In this document: one piece after another, positions 24,101 to 36,200 of the stretch
Layout of the letters: the number at the start of each line of letters is the position of its first letter
Position numbering within the stretch: the stretch's first letter is position 1
DNA from: Eledone cirrhosa
Lineage: Eukaryota
NCBI GenBank assembly: GCA_964016885.1
Contig: OZ024744.1
Location: 129,952,001 to 130,016,000, forward strand
Length of the DNA: 64,000 bases
Direction: 5' to 3'
Translations under genes and position numbers: made by a program
Notes under the pieces: generated by a model
What the model was told of the DNA's origin: nothing
The model's database searches: none
Seen by the model: the letters and a program-made list of their open reading frames with translations, nothing else

Positions 24101-27100
24101 GGGGTTAAGTTAAGTTGGGGTTAAGTTAAGTTGGGGTTAAGATAAGTTGGGGTTAAGTTAAGTTGGGGTTGAGTTAATTTGGGGTTAACTTAAGTTGGGG
24201 TTAACTTAAGTCGGGATTAAGTTAAGTGGGGGTTAAGTTAAGTTGGGGTTAAATTAAGTTCGGGTTAAGTTAAGTTGGGGTTAAGTTAAGTTGGGGTTAA
24301 GTTAGGTTGGGGTTAAGTTAAGTTGGGGGTAAGTTAAGTTGGGGGTAAGTTCAGTTGGGGTTAAGTTAAGTTGGGGTTGAGTTAAGTTGGGGCTAAGTTA
24401 AGTTAGGGTTATGTTAAGTTGGGGTTAATTTAAGTTGGGGTTAAGTTAAGTTGGGGTTCAATTAAGTTGCGGTTAATTTAAGTTGGGGTTAAGTTAAGTT
24501 GGGGTTAAGTTAAGTTGGGGTTAAGTTAAGTTGGGGTTAAGTTAAGTTGGGGTTAAGTTAAGTTCGGGTTAAGTTAAGTTGGGGTTAAGTTAAGTAGGGG
24601 TTAAGTTAAGTTGGGGTTAAGTTAAGTTGGGGTTAAGTTAAGTTGGGGTTAAGTTAATTTGTGGTTAAGTTAAGTTGGGGTTAAGTTAAGTTGGGGTTAA
24701 GTTCAGTCGGGGTTAAGTTAAGTCGGGGTTAAGTTAAGTTGGGGTTGAGTTAAGTTGGGGTTAAGTTAAGTTGGGGTTAAGATAAGTTGGGGTTAAGTTA
24801 AGTTGGGGTTGAGTTAAGTTAGGGTTGAGTTAATTTGGGGTTAAGTAAAGTTGGGGCTAAGTTAAGTGGGGGTTAATTTAAGTTAGGGTTGAGTTAAGTT
24901 GGGGTTAAGTTAACTTTGGGTTAAGTTAAGTTGGGTTTGAGTTAAGTTGGGGTTAATTAAGTTGGGGTTAAGTTAAGTTGGGGTTAAGTTAAGTTGGGGT
25001 TAAGTTAAGTTGGGGTTAAGTTAAGTTGCGGTTAAGTTAAGTTGAGGTTAAGTTAAGTTGGGGTTAAGTGAAGTTGCGGTTAAGTTAAGTTGGGGCTAAG
25101 TTAAGTTGGGGCTAAGTTAAGTTGGGGCTTAGTTAAGTTGGGGTTAAGTTAAGTTGGGGTTAAGTTAAGGTGGGGTTTAGTTAAGTTGGGGTCAACTAAA
25201 GTTGGGGTTAAGTTAAGTTGGGGTTCACTTAAGTTGGGGTTAAGTTAAGTTGGGGTTAAGTTAAGTTGGGGTTTATTTAAGTTGGGGTTCAGTTAATTTG
25301 GGGTTAAGTTAAGTTTGGGTTTAGTTGGGGTTAAATTAAGTTGGGGTTAAGTTAAGTTGGGGTTAAGTTACGTTGGGGTTAATTTAAGTTGGGGTTAAGT
25401 TAAGTTGCGGGTAATTTAAGTTGGGGTTAAGTTAAGTTGGGGTTAAGTTAAGTTGGGGTTAAGTTAAGTTGGGGGTAAGTTAAGTTGGGGTTAAGTTAAG
25501 TTTGGGTTAAGTTAAGTTGGGGTTAAGTTAAGTTAGGGTTAAGTTAAGTTGGGGTTGAGTTAAGTTGGGGTTAAGTTAAGTTGGGGTTATGTTAAGTTGG
25601 GGTTAAGTTAAATTGGGGTTAATTTAACTTTGTGGTTAAGTTAAGTTGGGGTTAATTTAAGTTGGGGTTAAGTTAAGTTGGAGTTAAGTTAAGTTGGGGT
25701 TAAGTTAAGTTGGGGTTAATTTAAGTTGCGGTTAAGTTAAGTTGAGGTTAAGTTAAGTTGGGGTTAAGTTAAGTTGGGGTTAAGTTAAGTTGGGGCTAAG
25801 TTAAGTTGGGGCTAAGTTAAGTTGGGGCTTAGTTAAGTTGGGGTTAAGTTAAGTTGGGGTTAAGTTAAGGTGTGGTTTAGTTAAGTTGGGGTCAACTAAA
25901 GTTGGGGTTAAGTTAAGTTGGGGTTTATTTAAGTTGGGGTTCAGTTAATTTGGGGTTAAGTTAAGTTTGGGTTAAGTTGGGGTTAAGTTAAGTTGGGGTT
26001 AAATTAAGTTGGGTTTAAGTTAAGTTGGGGTTAAGTTAAGTTGGGGTTAAATTAAGTTGGGGTTAAGCTAAGTTGGGGTTAAGTTAAATTGAGGTTAAGT
26101 TAAGTTGGGGTTAATTTAAGTTGGGGTTAAGCTAAGTTGGGGTTAAGTTAAATTGAGGTTAAGTTAAGTTGGGGTTAAGTTAAGTTGGGGTTAATTTAAG
26201 TTGGGGCTAAGTAAAGTTGGGGCTAAGTTAAGTGGGGGTTAATTTAAGTTAGGGTTGAGTTAAGTTGGGGTTAAGTTAACTTTGGGTTAAGTTAAGTTGG
26301 GTTTGAGTTAAGTTGGGGTTAATTAAGTTGGGGTTAAGTTAAGTTGGGGTTAAGTTAAGTTGGGGTTAAGTTAAGTTGGGGTTAAGTTAAGTTGGGGGTA
26401 AGTTAAGTTGGGGGTAAGTTAAGTTGGTGTTAAGTTAAGTTGGGGTTAAGTTAAGTTGGGGTTAAGTTAAGTTGGGTTTAAGTTAAGTTGGGGCTGAGTT
26501 AAGTTAGGGCTAAGTTAAGTTGGAGTTAAGTAAAGTTAGGGCTAAGTTAAGTTGGGGTTAAGTTAAGCTGGGGTTAATTTAAGTTGGGGTTACATTAAGA
26601 TGAGGTTAAGTTAAGTTGGTGTTAAGTTAAGTTGGGGTTAATTTAAGTTAAGTTGGGGTTAAGTTAAGTTGGGGTTAAGTTAAGTTGGGGTTAATTTCAG
26701 TTGGGGTTGAGTTAAGTTGGGGTTGAGTTTAGTTGGGGTTAAGTTAAGTTGGGGTTGAGTTAAGTTGGGGTTAAGTTAAGTTGGGGCTAAGTTAAGTTCG
26801 GGTTAAGTTAAGTTGGTGTTAAGTTAAGTTGGGGTTAAGTTAAGTTGGGGCTAAGTTAAGTTGGGTCTAAGTTAAGTTGGGGTTAAGTTAAGTTGGGGTT
26901 AAGTTAAGTTAGGGTTAATTTAAGTTGGGGTTATGTTAAGTTGGGGTTAAGTTAAGTTGGGGTTAAGTTAGGTTGGTGTTAAGTTAAGTTGGGGGTAAGT
27001 TAAGTTGGGGGTAAGTTAAGTTGGTGTTAAGTTAAGTTGGGGTCAAGTTAAGTTGGGGTTAAGTTAAGTTGGGTTTAAGTTAAGTTGGGGCTAAGTTAAG

Positions 27101-28565
27101 TTAGGGCTAAGTTAAGTTGGGGCTGAGTTAAGTTGGGGTTAAATTAAGTTGGGGTTAAGTTAAGTTGGGGGTAAGATAAGTTGGGGTTAGTTAAGTTGCG
27201 GTTAAGTTAAGTTGGGGTTAAGTTAAGTTGGGGTTAAGTTGATTTGGGGTAAAGTTAAGTTGGGGTTAAGTTAAGTTGGGGTTAATTTAAGTTGGGGTTA
27301 AGTTAAGTTGGGGTTAATTTAAGTTGGGGTTAATTTAAGTTGGGGTTAAGTTAAGTTGGGGTTAAGTTAAGTTGGGGTTAAGTTAAGTTGGGGGTAAGTT
27401 AAGTTGGGGTTAAGTTGGGGTTAAGTTGGGGTTAAGTTAAGTTAGGGTTAACTTAAGTTGGGGTTAAGTTAAGTGGTGGTTATGTTAAGTGGTGGTTATG
27501 TTAACTTGGGGTTAAGTTAAGTTGGGGTTAAGTTAAGTTGGGGTTAAGTTAAGTTGGGGTTAAGTTAATTAGGGTTAAGTTAAGTTGGGGTTAAGTTAAG
27601 TTGGGGTTAAGTTAAGTTGCGGTTAAGTTAAGTTGGCGTTAAGTTAAGTTGGGGTGAAGTTAAGTTGGGATTAAGTTAAGTTGGGGTTAAGTTAAGTTGG
27701 GGTTAAGTTAAGTTGGGGTTAAGTTAGATTGTTGTTAAGTTAAGTTGGGGTTAAGTTAAGTTGGGGTTAATTTAAGTTGGGGTTAAGTTAAGTCGGGGTT
27801 AAGTTGAGTTGGAGTTAGGTTAAGTTGGGGTTAAGTTAAGTTGGGGTTAAGTTAAGTTGGGGTTAAGATAAGTTGGGGTTAAGTTAAGTTGGGGTTGAGT
27901 TAATTTGGGGTTAACTTAAGTTGGGGTTAACTTAAGTCGGGATTAAGTTAAGTGGGGGTTAAGTTAAGTTGGGGTTAAATTAAGTTCGGGTTAAGTTAAG
28001 TTGGGGTTAAGTTAAGTTGGGGTTAAGTTAGGTTGGGGTTAAGTTAAGTTGGGGGTAAGTTAAGTTGGGGGTAAGTTCAGTTGGGGTTAAGTTAAGTTGG
28101 GGTTGAGTTAAGTTGGGGCTAAGTTAAGTTAGGGTTATGTTAAGTTGGGGTTAATTTAAGTTGGGGTTAAGTTAAGTTGGGGTTCAATTAAGTTGCGGTT
28201 AATTTAAGTTGGGGTTAAGTTAAGTTGGGGTTAAGTTAAGTTGGGGTTAAGTTAAGTTGGGGTTAAGTTAAGTTGGGGTTAAGTTAAGTTCGGGTTAAGT
28301 TAAGTTGGGGTTAAGTTAAGTAGGGGTTAAGTTAAGTTGGGGTTAAGTTAAGTTGGGGTTAAGTTAAGTTGGGGTTAAGTTAATTTGTGGTTAAGTTAAG
28401 TTGGGGTTAAGTTAAGTTGGGGTTAAGTTCAGTCGGGGTTAAGTTAAGTCGGGGTTAAGTTAAGTTGGGGTTGAGTTAAGTTGGGGTTAAGTTAAGTTGG
28501 GGTTAAGATAAGTTGGGGTTAAGTTAAGTTGGGGTTGAGTTAAGTTAGGGTTGAGTTAATTTGGG
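21110..28565 (+). repeat. Tandem duplication, period 3,731 bp (3,726 after a 5-bp deletion near 27415)
   Basis: GTGAAGTTGCGG 21337/25068, CAACTAAAG 21462/25193 and the 21-bp monomer 22903/26634 give 3,731. GTGGTGG 23747/27473 and TTAGATTGTT 23998/27724 give 3,726. Confidence 0.88.
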
Positions 28566-31500
28566 GTTAAGTTAAGTTGGAGTTAACTTAAGTTGGGTTT
28601 AAGTTAAGTTGGGGTTAAGTTAAGTTGGGGTTAAATTAAGTTGGGGTTAAGTTAAGTTGGGGGTAAGATAAGTTGGGGTTAGTTAAGTTGCGGTTAAGTT
28701 AAGTTGGGGTTAATTTAAGTTGGGGTTAAGTTAAGTTGGGGTAAAGTTAAGTTGGGGGTAAGTTAAGTTGGGGGTAAGTTAAGTTGGGGTTAATTTAAGT
28801 TAGGTCTAATTAAGTTGGGGTTAAGTTAAGTTGGGGTTAAATTAAGTTGGGGTTAAGTTAAGTTGGGGTTAAGTTAAGTTGGGGTTCAGTTAAGTTGGGG
28901 TTAAGTTAAGTTGGGGTTAATTTCAGTTGGGGTTGAGTTAAGTTGGGGTTGAGTTTAGTTGGGGTTAAGTTAAGTTGGGGTTGAGTTAAGTTGGGGTTAA
29001 GTTAAGTTGGGGCTAAGTTAAGTTCGGGTTAAGTTAAGTTGGTGTTAAGTTAAGTTGGGGTTAAGTTAAGTTGGGGCTAAGTTAAGTTGGGTCTAAGTTA
29101 AGTTGGGGTTAAGTTAAGTTGGGGTTAAGTTAAGTTAGGGTTAATTTAAGTTGGGGTTATGTTAAGTTGGGGTTAAGTTAAGTTGGGGTTAAGTTAGGTT
29201 GGTGTTAAGTTAAGTTGGGGGTAAGTTAAGTTGGGGGTAAGTTAAGTTGGTGTTAAGTTAAGTTGGGGTCAAGTTAAGTTGGGGTTAAGTTAAGTTGGGT
29301 TTAAGTTAAGTTGGGGCTAAGTTAAGTTAGGGCTAAGTTAAGTTGGGGCTGAGTTAAGTTGGGGTTAAATTAAGTTGGGGTTAAGTTAAGTTGGGGGTAA
29401 GATAAGTTGGGGTTAGTTAAGTTGCGGTTAAGTTAAGTTGGGGTTAAGTTAAGTTGGGGTTAAGTTGATTTGGGGTAAAGTTAAGTTGGGGTTAAGTTAA
29501 GTTGGGGTTAATTTAAGTTGGGGTTAAGTTAAGTTGGGGTTAATTTAAGTTGGGGTTAATTTAAGTTGGGGTTAAGTTAAGTTGGGGTTAAGTTAAGTTG
29601 GGGTTAAGTTAAGTTGGGGGTAAGTTAAGTTGGGGTTAAGTTAAGTTGGGGTTAAGTTGGGGTTAAGTTAAGTTAGGGTTAACTTAAGTTGGGGTTAAGT
29701 TAAGTGGTGGTTATGTTAAGTGGTGGTTATGTTAACTTGGGGTTAAGTTAAGTTGGGGTTAAGTTAAGTTGGGGTTAAGTTAAGTTGGGGTTAAGTTAAT
29801 TAGGGTTAAGTTAAGTTGGGGTTAAGTTAAGTTGGGGTTAAGTTAAGTTGCGGTTAAGTTAAGTTGGCGTTAAGTTAAGTTGGGGTGAAGTTAAGTTGGG
29901 ATTAAGTTAAGTTGGGGTTAAGTTAAGTTGGGGTTAAGTTAAGTTGGGGTTAAGTTAGATTGTTGTTAAGTTAAGTTGGGGTTAAGTTAAGTTGGGGTTA
30001 ATTTAAGTTGGGGTTAAGTTAAGTCGGGGTTAAGTTGAGTTGGAGTTAGGTTAAGTTGGGGTTAAGTTAAGTTGGGGTTAAGTTAAGTTGGGGTTAAGAT
30101 AAGTTGGGGTTAAGTTAAGTTGGGGTTGAGTTAATTTGGGGTTAACTTAAGTTGGGGTTAACTTAAGTCGGGATTAAGTTAAGTGGGGGTTAAGTTAAGT
30201 TGGGGTTAAATTAAGTTCGGGTTAAGTTAAGTTGGGGTTAAGTTAAGTTGGGGTTAAGTTAGGTTGGGGTTAAGTTAAGTTGGGGGTAAGTTAAGTTGGG
30301 GGTAAGTTCAGTTGGGGTTAAGTTAAGTTGGGGTTGAGTTAAGTTGGGGCTAAGTTAAGTTAGGGTTATGTTAAGTTGGGGTTAATTTAAGTTGGGGTTA
30401 AGTTAAGTTGGGGTTCAATTAAGTTGCGGTTAATTTAAGTTGGGGTTAAGTTAAGTTGGGGTTAAGTTAAGTTGGGGTTAAGTTAAGTTGGGGTTAAGTT
30501 AAGTTGGGGTTAAGTTAAGTTCGGGTTAAGTTAAGTTGGGGTTAAGTTAAGTAGGGGTTAAGTTAAGTTGGGGTTAAGTTAAGTTGGGGTTAAGTTAAGT
30601 TGGGGTTAAGTTAATTTGTGGTTAAGTTAAGTTGGGGTTAAGTTAAGTTGGGGTTAAGTTCAGTCGGGGTTAAGTTAAGTCGGGGTTAAGTTAAGTTGGG
30701 GTTGAGTTAAGTTGGGGTTAAGTTAAGTTGGGGTTAAGATAAGTTGGGGTTAAGTTAAGTTGGGGTTGAGTTAAGTTAGGGTTGAGTTAATTTGGGGTTA
30801 AGTTAAGTTGGAGTTAACTTAAGTTGGGTTTAAGTTAAGTTGGGGTTAAGTTAAGTTGGGGTTAAATTAAGTTGGGGTTAAGTTAAGTTGGGGGTAAGAT
30901 AAGTTGGGGTTAGTTAAGTTGCGGTTAAGTTAAGTTGGGGTTAATTTAAGTTGGGGTTAAGTTAAGTTGGGGTAAAGTTAAGTTGGGGGTAAGTTAAGTT
31001 GGGGGTAAGTTAAGTTGGGGTTAATTTAAGTTAGGTCTAATTAAGTTGGGGTTAAGTTAAGTTGGGGTTAAATTAAGTTGGGGTTAAGTTAAGTTGGGGT
31101 TAAGTTAAGTTGGGGTTCAGTTAAGTTGGGGTTAATTTCAGTTGGGGTTGAGTTAAGTTGGGGTTAAGTTTAGTTGGGGTTAAGTTAAGTTGGGGTTGAG
31201 TTAAGTTGGGGTTAAGTTAAGTTGGGGCTAAGTTAAGTTCGGGTTAAGTTAAGTTGGTGTTAAGTTAAGTTGGGGTTAAGTTAAGTTGGGGCTAAGTTAA
31301 GTTGGGTCTAAGTTAAGTTGGGGTTAAGTTAAGTTGGGGTTAAGTTAAGTTAGGGTTAATTTAAGTTGGGGTTATGTTAAGTTGGGGTTAAGTTAAGTTG
31401 GGTTTAAGTTAGGTTGGTGTTAAGTTAAGTTGGGGGTAAGTTAAGTTGGGGGTAAGTTAAGTTGGTGTTAAGTTAAGTTGGGGTCAAGTTAAGTTGGGGT

Positions 31501-32230
31501 TAAGTTAAGTTGGGTTTAAGTTAAGTTGGGGCTAAGTTAAGTTAGGGCTAAGTTAAGTTGGGGCTGAGTTAAGTTGGGGTTAAATTAAGTTGGGGTTAAG
31601 TTAAGTTGGGGGTAAGATAAGTTGGGGTTAGTTAAGTTGCGGTTAAGTTAAGTTGGGGTTAAGTTAAGTTGGGGTTAAGTTGATTTGGGGTAAAGTTAAG
31701 TTGGGGTTAAGTTAAGTTGGGGTTAATTTAAGTTGGGGTTAAGTTAAGTTGGGGTTAATTTAAGTTGGGGTTAATTTAAGTTGGGGTTAAGTTAAGTTGG
31801 GGTTAAGTTAAGTTGGGGTTAAGTTAAGTTGGGGGTAAGTTAAGTTGGGGTTAAGTTAAGTTGGGGTTAAGTTGGGGTTAAGTTAAGTTAGGGTTAACTT
31901 AAATTGGGGTTAAGTTAAGTGGTGGTTATTTTAAGTGGTGGTTATGTTAACTTGGGGTTAAGTTAAGTTGGGGTTAAGTTAAATTGGGGATAAGTTAAGT
32001 TGCGGTTAAGTTAAGTTGGGGTTAAGTTAAGTTGGGGTTAAGTTAATTAGGGTTAAGTTAAGTTGGGGTTAAGTTAAGTTGGGGTTAAGTTAAGTTGAGG
32101 TTAAGTTAAGTTGGCGTTAAGTTAAGTTGGGGTGAAGTTAAGTTGGGATTAAGTTAAGTTGGGGTTAAGTTAAGTTGGGGTTAAGTTAAGTTGGGGTTAA
32201 GTTAGATTGTTGTTAAGTTAAGTTGGGGTT
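26660..32230 (+). repeat. Higher-order repeat, period ~2,230 bp (~2.5 tandem copies), overlapping the 3,731-bp duplication
   Basis: AATTTCAG at 26693, 28919, 31134; GTGGTGG at 27473, 29704, 31919; TTAGATTGTT at 27724, 29955, 32202. Spacings are 2,215-2,247. Confidence 0.85.
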
Positions 32231-32239
32231 AAGTTAAGT

Positions 32240-35200
32240 TGGGGTTATGTTAAGTTGGTGTTAAGTTAAGTTGGGGTTAAGTTAAGTTGGGGTTAAGTTA
32301 AGTTGGGGTTAAGTTAGGTTGGTGTTAAGTTAAGTTGGGGTTAAGTTAAGTTGGGGTTAAGTTATGTTGGGTTTAAGTTAAGTTGGGGCTAAGTTAAGTT
32401 AGGGCTAAGTTAAGTTGGGGTTAAGTAAAGTTAGGGCTAAGTTAATTTGGGGTTAAGTTAAGTTGGGGTTAATTTAAGTTGGGGTTACATTAAGTTGAGG
32501 TTAAGTTAAGTTGGGGTTAAGTTAAGTTAGGGTTAATTTAAGTTGGGGTTATGTTAAGTTGGGGTTAAGTTAAGTTGGGGTTAAGTTAAGTTGGGGCTGA
32601 GTTAAGTTGGGGTTACGTTAAGTTGGGGTTAAGGTAAGTTGGGGCTAAGTTAAGTTGGGGTTAAGTTAAGTTGGGTTTAAGTTAAGTTGGGGTTAAGTTA
32701 AGTTGGGGTTAAATTAAGTTGGGGTTAATCTAAGGTGGGGTTAAGTTAAATTGAGGTTAAGTTAAGTTGGGGTTAATTTAAGTTGGGGTTAAGCTAAGTT
32801 GGGGTTAAGGTAAATTGAGGTTAAGTTAAGTTGGGGTTAAGTTAAGTTGGGGTTAATTTAAGTTGGGGCTAAGTAAAGTTGGGGCTAAGTTAAGTGGGGG
32901 TTAAGTTAAGTTAGGGTTGAGTTAAGTTGGGGTTAAGTTAACTTTGGGTTAAGTTAAGTTGGGTTTGAGTTAAATTGGGGTTAATTAAGTTGGGGTTAAG
33001 TTAAGTTGGGGTTAAGTTAAGTTGGGGTTAAGTTAAGTTGGGGTTAAGTTAAGTTGCGGTTAAGTTAAGTTGAGGTTAAGTTAAGTTGGGGTTAAGTTAA
33101 GTTGGGGTTAAGTTAAGTGGGGCTAAGTTAAGTTGGGGCTAAGTTAAGTTGGGGCTTAGTTAAGTTGGGGTTAAGTTAAGTTGGGGTTAAGTTAAGGTGG
33201 GGTTTAGTTAAGTTGGGGTCAACTAAAGTTGGGGTTAAGATAAGTTGGGGTTCACTTAAGTTGGGGTTAATCTAAGTTGGGGTTAAGTTAAGTTGGGGTT
33301 TATTTAAGTTGGGGTTCAGTTAATTTGGGGTTAAGTTAAGTTTGGGTTAAGTTGGGGTTAAATTAAGTTGGGGTTAAGTTAAGTTGGGCTTAAGTTACGT
33401 TGGGGTTAATTTAAGTTGGGGTTAAGTTAAGTTGCGGGTAATTTAAGTTGGGGTTAAGTTAAGTTGGGGTTAAGTTAAGTTGGGGTTAAGTTAAGTTGGG
33501 GGTAAGTTAAGTTGGGGGTAAGTTAAGTTGGGAGTAAGTTAAGTTGGGGTTAAGTTAAGTTGGGGTTAAGTTAAGTTGGGGTTAAGTTAAGTTAGGGTTA
33601 AGTTAAGTTGGGGTTGAGTTAAGTTGGGGTTAAGTTAAGTTGGGGTTATGTTAAGTTGGGGTTAAGTTAAATTGGGGTTAATTTAACTTTGTGGTTAAGT
33701 TAAGTTGGGGTTAAGTTAAGTTGGGGTTAAGTTAAGTTGGGGTTAATTTAAGTTGCGGATAAGTTAAGTTGAGGTTAAGTTAAGTTGGGGTTAAGTTAAG
33801 TTGGGGTTAAGTTAAGTTGGGGCTAAGTTAAGTTGGGGCTAAGTTAAGTTGGGGCTTAGTTAAGTTGGGGTTAAGTTAAGTTGGGGTTAAGTTAAGGTGG
33901 GGTTTAGTTAAGTTGGGGTCAACTAAAGTTGGGGTTAAGTTAAGTTGGGGTTTATTTAAGTTGGGGTTCAGTTAATTTGGGGTTAAGTTAAGTTTGGGTT
34001 AAGTTGGGGTTAAATTAAGTTGGGGTTAAGTTAAGTTGGGGTTAATTTAAGTTGGGGTTAAGTTAAGTTGGGGTTAAGTTAAGTTGGGGTTAAGTTAAGT
34101 TGGGGGTAAGTTAAGTTGGTGTTAATTTAAGTTGGGGTTAAGTTAAGTTGGGGTTAAGTTGAGTTGGGGTAAAGTTAAGTTCGGGTTAAGTTAAGTTGGG
34201 GTTAATTTAAGTTGGGGTTAAGTTAAGTTGGGGTTAATTTAAGTTGGGGTTAATTTAAGTTGGGGTTAAGTTAAGTTGGGGTTAAGTTAAGTTGGGGTTT
34301 AGTTAAGTTGGGGGTAAGTTAAGTTGGGGTTAAGTTAAGTTGGGGTTAAGTTGGGGTTAAGTTAAGTTAGGGTTAACTTAAGTTGGGGTTAAGTTAAGTG
34401 GTGGTTATGTTAAGTGGTGGTTATGTTAACTTGGGGTTAAGTTAAGTTGGGGTTAAGTTAAATTGGGGTTAAGTTAAGTTGCGGTTAAGTTAAGTTGGGG
34501 TTAAGTTAAGTTGGGGTTAAGTTAATTAGGGTTAAGTTAAGTTGGGGTTAAGTTAAGTTGGGGTTAAGTTAAGTTGCGGTTAAGTTAAGTTGGCGTTAAG
34601 TTAAGTTGGGGTTAAGTTAAGTTGGGATTAAGTTAAGTTGGGGTTAAGTTAAGTTGGGGTTAAGTTAAGTTGGGGTTAAGTTAGATTGTTGTTAAGTTAA
34701 GTTGGTGTTAATTTAAGTTGGGGTTAACTTAAGTCGGGATTAAGTTAAGTGGGGGTTAAGTTAAGTTGGGGTTAAATTAAGTTCGGGTTAAGTTAAGTTG
34801 GGGTTAAGTTAAGTTGGGGTTAAGTTAGGTTGGGGTTAAGTTAAGTTGGGGGTAAGTTAAGTTGGGGGTAAGTTAAGTCGGGGGTAATTTCAGTTGGGGT
34901 TAAGTTAAGTTGGGGTTGAGTTAAGTTGGGGCTAAGTTAAGTTGGGGTTATGTTAAGTTGGGGTTAATTTAAGTTGGGGTTAAGTTAAGTTGGGGTTCAA
35001 TTAAGTTGCGGTTAATTTAAGTTGGGGTTAAGTTAAGTTGGGGTTAAGTTAAGTTGGCGTTAAGTTAAGTTGGGGTTAAGTTAAGTTGGGATTAATTTAA
35101 GTTGGGGTTAAGTTAAGTTGGGGTTAAGTTAAGTTGGGGTTAAATTAAGTTGGGGTTAAGTTAAGTTGGAGTTAAGTTAAGTTGGGGTTAAGTTAAGTTG

Positions 35201-36200
35201 GGGTTAAGTTAATTTGTGGTTAAGTTAAGTTGGGGTTAAGTTAAGTTGGGGTTAAGTTCAGTCGGGGTTAAGTTAAGTCGGGGTTAAGTTAAGTTGGGGT
35301 TGAGTTAAGTTGGGGTTAAGTTAAGTTGGGGTTAAGATAAGTTGGGGTTAAGTTAAGTTGGGGTTGAGTTAAGTTGGGGTTGAGTTAATTTGGGGTTAAG
35401 TTAAGTTGGAGTTAACTTAAGTTGGGTTTAAGTTAAGTTGGGGTTAAGTTAAGTTGGGGTTAAATTAAGTTGGGGTTAAGTTAAGTTGGGGGTAAGATAA
35501 GTTGGGGTTAGTTAAGTTGCGGTTAAGTTAAGTTGGGGTTAAGTTAAGTTGGGGTTAAGTTAAGTTGGGGTAAAGTTAAGTTGGGGGTAAGTTAAGTTGG
35601 GGGTAAGTTAAGTTGGGGGTAAGTTAAGTTGGGGTTAATTTAAGTTAGGTCTAATTAAGTTGGGGTTAAGTTAAGTTGGGGTTAAATTAAGTTGGGGTTA
35701 AGTTAAGTTGGGGTTAAGTTAAGTTGGGGTTAAGTTAAGTTGCGGTTAAGTTAAGTTGAGGTTAAGTTAAGTAGGGGTTAAATTATGTTGGGGTTAAGTT
35801 AAGTTCGGGTTAAGTTAAGTTGGGGTTAAGTTGAGTTGGGGATAAGTTAAGTTGGGGATAAGTTAAGTTGGGGTTAAGTTAAGTTGGGGTTAAGTTAAGT
35901 TGGGGTTAAGTTAAGTTGGTTAGTTAAGTTGAGTTTAAGTTAAGTTGGGGTTAATTTAAGTTGGGGTTAAGTTAAGTTGGGGTTAAGTTAAGTTGGGGTT
36001 AAGTTAAGTTGGGGTTAAGTTAAGTTGCGGTTAAGTTAAGTTGAGGTTAAGTTAAGTTGGGGTTAAGTTAAGTTGGGGTTAAGTTAAGTTGGGGCTAAGT
36101 TAAGTTGGGGCTAAGTTAAGTTGGGGCTAAGTTAAGTTGGGGTTAAGTTAACTTTGGGTTATGTTAATTTGGGTTTGAGTTAAGTTGGGGTTAATTAAGT
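32240..36200 (+). repeat. Distant copy of the left-domain 4.4-kb HOR
   Basis: GGTGTT 32257 matches 15521, and CAACTAAAG 33220/33920 matches 16484/17184 (offset 16,736). The sequence at 35341 onward reproduces position 1 onward. Confidence 0.8.
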
